Made by a program: the position numbers and the translations under genes. From an uncultured Pelagibacteraceae bacterium (GTDB lineage: Bacteria > Pseudomonadota > Alphaproteobacteria > Pelagibacterales > Pelagibacteraceae), in contig CACNVX010000004.1 of the NCBI GenBank assembly GCA_902624045.1, positions 683-64,682 on the forward strand: a stretch of 64,000 bases of DNA, read 5' to 3'. The notes beneath the pieces were generated by a model. That model was given only the letters and a program-made list of their open reading frames with translations. It was not told the DNA's origin and searched no databases. This document shows positions 58,742-64,000 of this stretch, piece by piece; positions within the stretch are counted from its first letter, which is position 1, and every line of letters starts with the position of its first letter.

Positions 58742-59454
58742 TGTCTTTTAATAATATTTCATTCATTTTACATAAACCACAACTTTCAGAAAATATTGGA
58801 GCGTGCGCAAGGGGAATGAAAAATTTTAATTTTAATAAACTTATTGTTATTGATTCTAAACCAATATTTCCAAATGATAAAATTCTTGCAACTTCTGTGG
58901 GTGCAAAAAATATAATTAATAAAGCAAAAAATTTTCAAAATTTAGAGAAATCTTTAAAAAATATTGATATAGTAATTGCAACATCTGCACGATTTAGAAA
59001 TAAAAATGTTAAACATATTCAATTAGAGGATTTAAAAAAAATTAATTATAAAAAAAAGGTAGCGTTCTTATTTGGGTCAGAGGCATCTGGTTTATCAAAT
59101 AACGAAATAAGCTATGCAAATTACACTCTCCAAATTCCTACAAACTTTAATTTTAAATCATTAAATTTATCTCACAGCTTGATAATAATTGCACAACACG
59201 TAGCAAAAATAATTAGTTCAAAAGCATCATCTTTTAAAAAATCAAATAAAGTTAAATCAGCATCTAAAAAAGATATAGTGGCTATGGCAAATTTGTGTAT
59301 CAAAAATCTTGAAGATATTAATTTTTTTAAGTCAAGAGAGAAGAAGCCGATAATGCTTGAAAACTTAAGAAATATTTTTTATAGAATGGAATTATCCACG
59401 AAAGAAACACGTATTTTATCAGGTGTATTTGCTAGTTTAGGTAAAAAACGTTGA
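58741..59454 (+). CDS. SPOUT tRNA/rRNA methyltransferase, TrmJ/LasT family
   Basis: ENIGACAR, FGSEASGLSN, SLNLSHS. Confidence 0.88.
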   Translation: MSFNNISFILHKPQLSENIGACARGMKNFNFNKLIVIDSKPIFPNDKILATSVGAKNIINKAKNFQNLEKSLKNIDIVIATSARFRNKNVKHIQLEDLKKINYKKKVAFLFGSEASGLSNNEISYANYTLQIPTNFNFKSLNLSHSLIIIAQHVAKIISSKASSFKKSNKVKSASKKDIVAMANLCIKNLEDINFFKSREKKPIMLENLRNIFYRMELSTKETRILSGVFASLGKKR

Positions 59455-59482
59455 TTGACAAAATTAAGAGTAAGTTTATAAA
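59455..59482 (+). promoter_or_regulatory. Probable sigma70 promoter of rpsD
   Basis: TTGACA (59455-60), 16 nt, TATAAA (59477-82), 12 bp before the ATG. Confidence 0.5.
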
Positions 59483-59494
59483 GCCCATTACTAA

Positions 59495-60112
59495 ATGACA
59501 AAAAGATTAAACTCTAAACACAAAGTTGATAGGCGACTAAAAGTTAACCTTTGGGGTAGACCCAAAAGCCCTTTTAATACCAGAGCTTACGGACCAGGCC
59601 AACATGGTCAAACAAAAACTTCAAAACCTTCTGACTACGGCATTCAATTGCAGGCTAAACAAAAGTTAAAAGCTTATTATGGTAACATCAACGAAAGACA
59701 ATTTAGAAATATTTATAAAAAAGCTGTAATGCTAAAAGGTGATACAGGTGAAAATCTTATCGGTCTTTTAGAAAGAAGATTAGATGCAATAATCTATAGA
59801 GCAAAATTTGCAACAACAATTTTTTCAGCAAGACAATTAATCAATCACGGTCATGTTAAAGTAAATGGTAAAAAAGTTAACATTGGAAGTTATTTAGTAA
59901 GAGAAGAAGATTCAATTGAGATACGAGATAAATCTAAGCAATTAGCAATCATTGATATTGCACTTGCAAATAAAGAGAGAGAGACACCAGAGTATATTCA
60001 AATGGATGAAAAAAACAAAAAACTAAAATTTGTTAGAGTTCCAAAGTTTGAAGAAGTCCCATATCCAATTGTTATGGAACCGAACTTAGTAATTGAATAT
60101 TATTCTAGATAA
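59495..60112 (+). CDS. rpsD: 30S ribosomal protein S4
   Basis: [31 protein letters not shown]. Confidence 0.97.
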   Translation: MTKRLNSKHKVDRRLKVNLWGRPKSPFNTRAYGPGQHGQTKTSKPSDYGIQLQAKQKLKAYYGNINERQFRNIYKKAVMLKGDTGENLIGLLERRLDAIIYRAKFATTIFSARQLINHGHVKVNGKKVNIGSYLVREEDSIEIRDKSKQLAIIDIALANKERETPEYIQMDEKNKKLKFVRVPKFEEVPYPIVMEPNLVIEYYSR

Positions 60113-60451
60113 TTAGCTTTTAGATTTAAAGTTTATATTTTTACTCTCCAAAAGTTTTGCTAACTCACCACTTTCGTACATTTCTTTAACTATATCACAT
60201 CCACCTACGAATTCATTTTTAACATAAAGTTGAGGTATTGTTGGCCAGTCACTAAAAACTTTAATACCTTCTCTTAAATTTTGATTTTCTAAAACATTTA
60301 CACCTTTGAAATTTACTTCAAGAACTTTTAATATATTTGAAGTAGCCATTGAAAATCCACATTGTGGAGCGTCAGGTGTACCTTTCATAAACAAACATAC
60401 TTCGTTGTTTTCAATTTCATTTTTAATTAAATCATTTGTTTGTTGATCCAT
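60113..60451 (-). CDS. grxD: Monothiol glutaredoxin (Grx4)
   Basis: [24 protein letters not shown]. Confidence 0.95.
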   Translation of the reverse strand: MDQQTNDLIKNEIENNEVCLFMKGTPDAPQCGFSMATSNILKVLEVNFKGVNVLENQNLREGIKVFSDWPTIPQLYVKNEFVGGCDIVKEMYESGELAKLLESKNINFKSKS

Positions 60452-60682
60452 TTAACTCTCCTTTGTTTTAATTGCTAATGCATGAAGTTCATTACCCATT
60501 CTACCTTTTAATGAGTTGTAAACCATTTTATGTTGCTCAATTTTGCTTTTTCCAGAAAATTGAGACGAGGTAACGGTAGCTGAATAATGATTTCCATCAC
60601 CTGCCAAATCTTGTATTTCAACAATTGCATCTGGCATTGCCTCTTTTATAAAATTCTCAATTTCTTTTAAATCCATCGCCAT
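60452..60682 (-). CDS. BolA/IbaG family protein
   Basis: GDGNHY, QHKMVY, LHAL; adjacent to grxD. Confidence 0.92.
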   Translation of the reverse strand: MAMDLKEIENFIKEAMPDAIVEIQDLAGDGNHYSATVTSSQFSGKSKIEQHKMVYNSLKGRMGNELHALAIKTKES

Positions 60683-62874
60683 TATTTACTCATATAGTTT
60701 GTAAGCCAACTTTTATTAGAAGTTGATAATTCGTCAATTGTAACTTTTGTCTTATCATTAATATATAGTTCATTTTCATTAATTGTACCAAGATCATCGA
60801 AATGGACTGCATTTTTATGCAATATATCAGTTACTTTTTTAAAATCTTTTTTGTTTATTTCTATAATATATCTACCTTGATCTTCAGCAAACAAGTATTC
60901 TATTTCGTTAATTAAATATTTTGGTTTTTTAATATTTATTCCCTTTTTTCCTTTAATACACATTTTCGCTACTGCTGTAATTATGCCACCTAAGGAAACA
61001 TCATGTGCGCTTTTTATTAAATTATTATCAATTAATTTAAGCAATGTTTCCCCGTTATTTTTTTCATTAAAAAGGTTAATTTCAGGTGGTGGGCCATTTT
61101 TTTCATCTAAAATATTTCTTGCAAATAAACTTTGATCAATATGTCCTTCAGTTTTGCCAATTACTAAAACTAAATTTTCAACTTCTTTAAAATCCATAGT
61201 GATCATATTCTTATAATCTTTGATCAATCCAACTCCACCTATTGCAGGTGTAGGTTTTATACCTTGGTCTTTTGTTTGGTTATAGAAAGATACATTTCCA
61301 GAAACCACTGGGAACTTTAAATATTCACTTGCTTCACCAATTCCCTGAACACATTCAACAAACTCTCCCATGTTTTCTCCATTTTCAGGACTGCCAAAGT
61401 TTAAACAATTCGTGATAGCAATGGGTTTTGCTCCAACAGATATAAGATTTCTAAAACTTTCACAAACTACTTGCTTTCCACCAGTTAAAGGGTGAGCCCA
61501 GCAATATACCGCTGAAGAATCTACAGAAGCAGCAACAGCTTTATCCGTTCCATGAACTCTTACAACCCCTGCATCTCCACCTGGCTTTTGTATTGTATCT
61601 CCCATAACAGTATGATCGTATTGTTGCCAAATCCATTCTTTACTACATACATTTGGATTTGCTAAAATTTTTTTTAATACATCGATAATTTTTAAATGTT
61701 TAATATCTTCTTTTTTAATCTTATTTTTTTTAGGAAGTTTTGCTTTTTTCCATTCTCGATCGTACATAGGAGAATTTTCAACCAAAGTATTAACTGGAAT
61801 ATCTGCAACTTTTTCTTCATCAAAATAAAGTTCTATTTTTTTAGATTTAGTAGTTTTTCCAATCACTGCAAAATCCAAGTTCCATTTATCAAATATTTTT
61901 TTTGCTTGTTCTTCTTTGCCGTTTTCTAAAACAATCAACATTCTTTCTTGGCTCTCAGAGAGCATAATTTCATAAGGAGTCATTTTAGTTTCTCTACAAG
62001 GTACTTTGTTTAAATTAATTTCAATTCCAAGGTTGCCTTTTGAAGCCATTTCAATACTTGAAGAGGTTAATCCAGCAGCACCCATATCTTGAATGGCTAT
62101 AATGGAGTCGCCAGCCATTAACTCTAAACAAGCTTCAAGTAAAAGTTTTTCAGTAAAAGGGTCTCCAACTTGAACTGTTGGCTTTTTTTCCTCAATTTTT
62201 TCATCAAAACTAGCTGAGGCCATACTTGCTCCATGAATTCCATCTCTTCCAGTTTTTGATCCAACATATATAACTGGTTTGTTTAAACCTGCAGCTTTTG
62301 AGTAGAAAATCTTATCTTTTTTGACTAATCCTAATGTCATAGCATTAACCAAAATATTTCCATTATATGAACTATCAAAACTTGTTTGGCCAGCTATTGT
62401 AGGAACACCCATGCAATTTCCATAACCACCTATGCCATGGACAACACCTCTTAATAAATTTTTTGTTTTTTTATGTTGTGGTGATCCAAAATGTATTGAG
62501 TTTAAGTTAGCTATTGGTCTTGCGCCCATTGTAAATACGTCTCTCATTATTCCTCCAACACCAGTTGCAGCTCCTTGATAAGGTTCAATAAATGAAGGGT
62601 GATTATGACTTTCTATTTTAAAAACTATTGCATCATTATCCTCAATATCGATAACACCAGCATTTTCTCCAGGACCTTGAATGACTTTCTTTCCTTTGGT
62701 AGGTAGTTTTTTTAAATGTAATCTTGATGATTTATAAGAACAATGTTCATTCCACATTGCAGAAAAAATCCCTAGTTCTGTAATATTAGGAGTTCTCTTT
62801 AATAGCTGACAAATTTTAGCGTACTCGTCTTTCTTTAAACCGTGATCAATTGCTACTTGTTCATTTACAATCAT
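60682..62874 (-). CDS. purL: Phosphoribosylformylglycinamidine synthase subunit PurL
   Basis: MWNEHCSYKS, ESHNHPS, DMGAAG, SESQERM, SGNVSFYN. Confidence 0.97.
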   Translation of the reverse strand: MIVNEQVAIDHGLKKDEYAKICQLLKRTPNITELGIFSAMWNEHCSYKSSRLHLKKLPTKGKKVIQGPGENAGVIDIEDNDAIVFKIESHNHPSFIEPYQGAATGVGGIMRDVFTMGARPIANLNSIHFGSPQHKKTKNLLRGVVHGIGGYGNCMGVPTIAGQTSFDSSYNGNILVNAMTLGLVKKDKIFYSKAAGLNKPVIYVGSKTGRDGIHGASMASASFDEKIEEKKPTVQVGDPFTEKLLLEACLELMAGDSIIAIQDMGAAGLTSSSIEMASKGNLGIEINLNKVPCRETKMTPYEIMLSESQERMLIVLENGKEEQAKKIFDKWNLDFAVIGKTTKSKKIELYFDEEKVADIPVNTLVENSPMYDREWKKAKLPKKNKIKKEDIKHLKIIDVLKKILANPNVCSKEWIWQQYDHTVMGDTIQKPGGDAGVVRVHGTDKAVAASVDSSAVYCWAHPLTGGKQVVCESFRNLISVGAKPIAITNCLNFGSPENGENMGEFVECVQGIGEASEYLKFPVVSGNVSFYNQTKDQGIKPTPAIGGVGLIKDYKNMITMDFKEVENLVLVIGKTEGHIDQSLFARNILDEKNGPPPEINLFNEKNNGETLLKLIDNNLIKSAHDVSLGGIITAVAKMCIKGKKGINIKKPKYLINEIEYLFAEDQGRYIIEINKKDFKKVTDILHKNAVHFDDLGTINENELYINDKTKVTIDELSTSNKSWLTNYMSK

Positions 62875-63554
62875 TTTAAATTATTTATTAAGTTTTTAAA
62901 AAACATTGATCCATCTTCACCAGACAATGAAGTATCAATCATTCTTTCAGGGTGGGGCATCATTCCTAAAACATTTTTTTCTCTGTTAAATATGCCAGCA
63001 ATATTTTTAATTGATCCATTAGGGTTAAATTGATCCTCAATTTTCCCATTTTCATCACAATAATTAATTGCTATTTGATTATTATCTTCAATTTCTTTCA
63101 ATTGATCGTTGGTACAAAAATAATTTCCTTCATTATGAGCAATATGAAATTCTAAAACTTCGTTGTTAACGTTTTTAAAATATTTATTTCGTTTATCGCT
63201 AATTTTTACAAAAACATTTTTACAAATAAATTCTAAATATTTATTTCTAAGCAAAACACCTGGAACCAAACCAGTTTCAACCAATATTTGAAATCCATTA
63301 CAGATACCCATAACCATGCCACCTGAATTTGCAAAATTAATTACAGACTGCATTATTTTTGATTTAGAAGCTATACTTCCACATCTTAAATAATCACCAT
63401 ATGAGAACCCACCTGGTAATACAACTAGATCACTTTTTGGTAATTCTGTATCTGCGTGCCAAACCATTTTGTTCTTAAAACCAAATTTTTTAAGAGCCAC
63501 ATCCATGTCTCTATCGCAATTTGAACCAGGAAAAGTAATAACTGATGATTTCAT
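62871..63554 (-). CDS. purQ: FGAM synthase glutaminase subunit PurQ
   Basis: FPGSNCD, PGGFSYGDYLR, GICNGFQ, MMPHPER. Confidence 0.97.
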   Translation of the reverse strand: MKSSVITFPGSNCDRDMDVALKKFGFKNKMVWHADTELPKSDLVVLPGGFSYGDYLRCGSIASKSKIMQSVINFANSGGMVMGICNGFQILVETGLVPGVLLRNKYLEFICKNVFVKISDKRNKYFKNVNNEVLEFHIAHNEGNYFCTNDQLKEIEDNNQIAINYCDENGKIEDQFNPNGSIKNIAGIFNREKNVLGMMPHPERMIDTSLSGEDGSMFFKNLINNLK

Positions 63555-63557
63555 TAA

Positions 63558-63800
63558 TTACTTTGGATCAATAATTTTATAATTTTCAATTACAAGATTT
63601 GCTAAAAGTTTTTTACACATTTCTTCAACTTTTGCTTTTGCCTTATCTCTATCAGTTTCTTTTGTGTCTATTTCAAAATATTTACCTTGTCTTACTTCAT
63701 TAACATCTTTAAACCCCATTCCATCAAGAGTTTGATGAATAACTTTTCCCTGTGGATCAAGAACATCTTTTTTTAAAGTTATAATTACAGGAATTTTCAT
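63558..63800 (-). CDS. purS: FGAM synthase subunit PurS
   Basis: [19 protein letters not shown]. Confidence 0.95.
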   Translation of the reverse strand: MKIPVIITLKKDVLDPQGKVIHQTLDGMGFKDVNEVRQGKYFEIDTKETDRDKAKAKVEEMCKKLLANLVIENYKIIDPK

Positions 63801-64000
63801 TTTTTCTTTCTTTGAACAGATGACAATTTAGTTACATTTACCGCTGAAACATTAGATTGTTCATGAAGGATACCTAGTCTTTTAGCAACTTCAGTATAAG
63901 CGGGTATTAGATCACCTAGATCTTTTCTAAATCGGTCTTTATCAAGTTTTTTATCCGTAATACTGTCCCATAATCTGCAAGTGTCTGGGCTAATTTCATC
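63797..64000 (-). CDS. purC: SAICAR synthetase, C-terminal part (runs off window end)
   Basis: Minus-strand translation [12 protein letters not shown]...[11 protein letters not shown]...YTEVAKRLG; TGA overlaps the purS ATG. Confidence 0.92.
   Translation of the reverse strand, partial: DEISPDTCRLWDSITDKKLDKDRFRKDLGDLIPAYTEVAKRLGILHEQSNVSAVNVTKLSSVQRKKK

Overview
AT-rich (roughly 30% GC by eye), very gene-dense bacterial chromosome segment with tiny intergenic spaces. Gene content and protein style point to a SAR11/Pelagibacteraceae alphaproteobacterium (inference). In order it carries: an AfuA-type ABC transporter; a BASS symporter; a tandem winged-HTH protein; a taurine-type ABC transporter divergent from an omega-amino-acid:pyruvate aminotransferase, ald and a GcvT-fused flavoprotein; tRNA-Met; a purine/methylthioadenosine salvage and polyamine cluster (PRT, guaC, apt, mtnP, mtnA, asparaginase-II, DUF1015, trpB2, aldolase-SDR fusion, speD-speE fusion); a basic amino acid ABC transporter with a PhyH dioxygenase; LPS genes; rpoZ-dusA; nrdAB; prpDBC; a half-length glmU with glmS; DAHP synthase, nadE, cysS, cimA, rpsD and the pur genes. 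I saw no prophage, transposase, integrase or CRISPR array. Best leads: (1) trpB2 paired with a DUF1015 protein carrying SerK/SbnI-like serine-kinase motifs, a possible indole-salvage module that makes its own phosphoserine; (2) a possible fused-enzyme DHAP-shunt MTA salvage route; (3) a possible N-methyltaurine demethylase; (4) a LexA box wrapped around the nrdAB -10 element plus two NrdR boxes; (5) a phased direct-repeat operator next to the tandem-HTH gene; (6) an unannotated frameshifted entericidin-like lipoprotein and a candidate sRNA. All functional calls come from motif recognition by eye; no searches were run.
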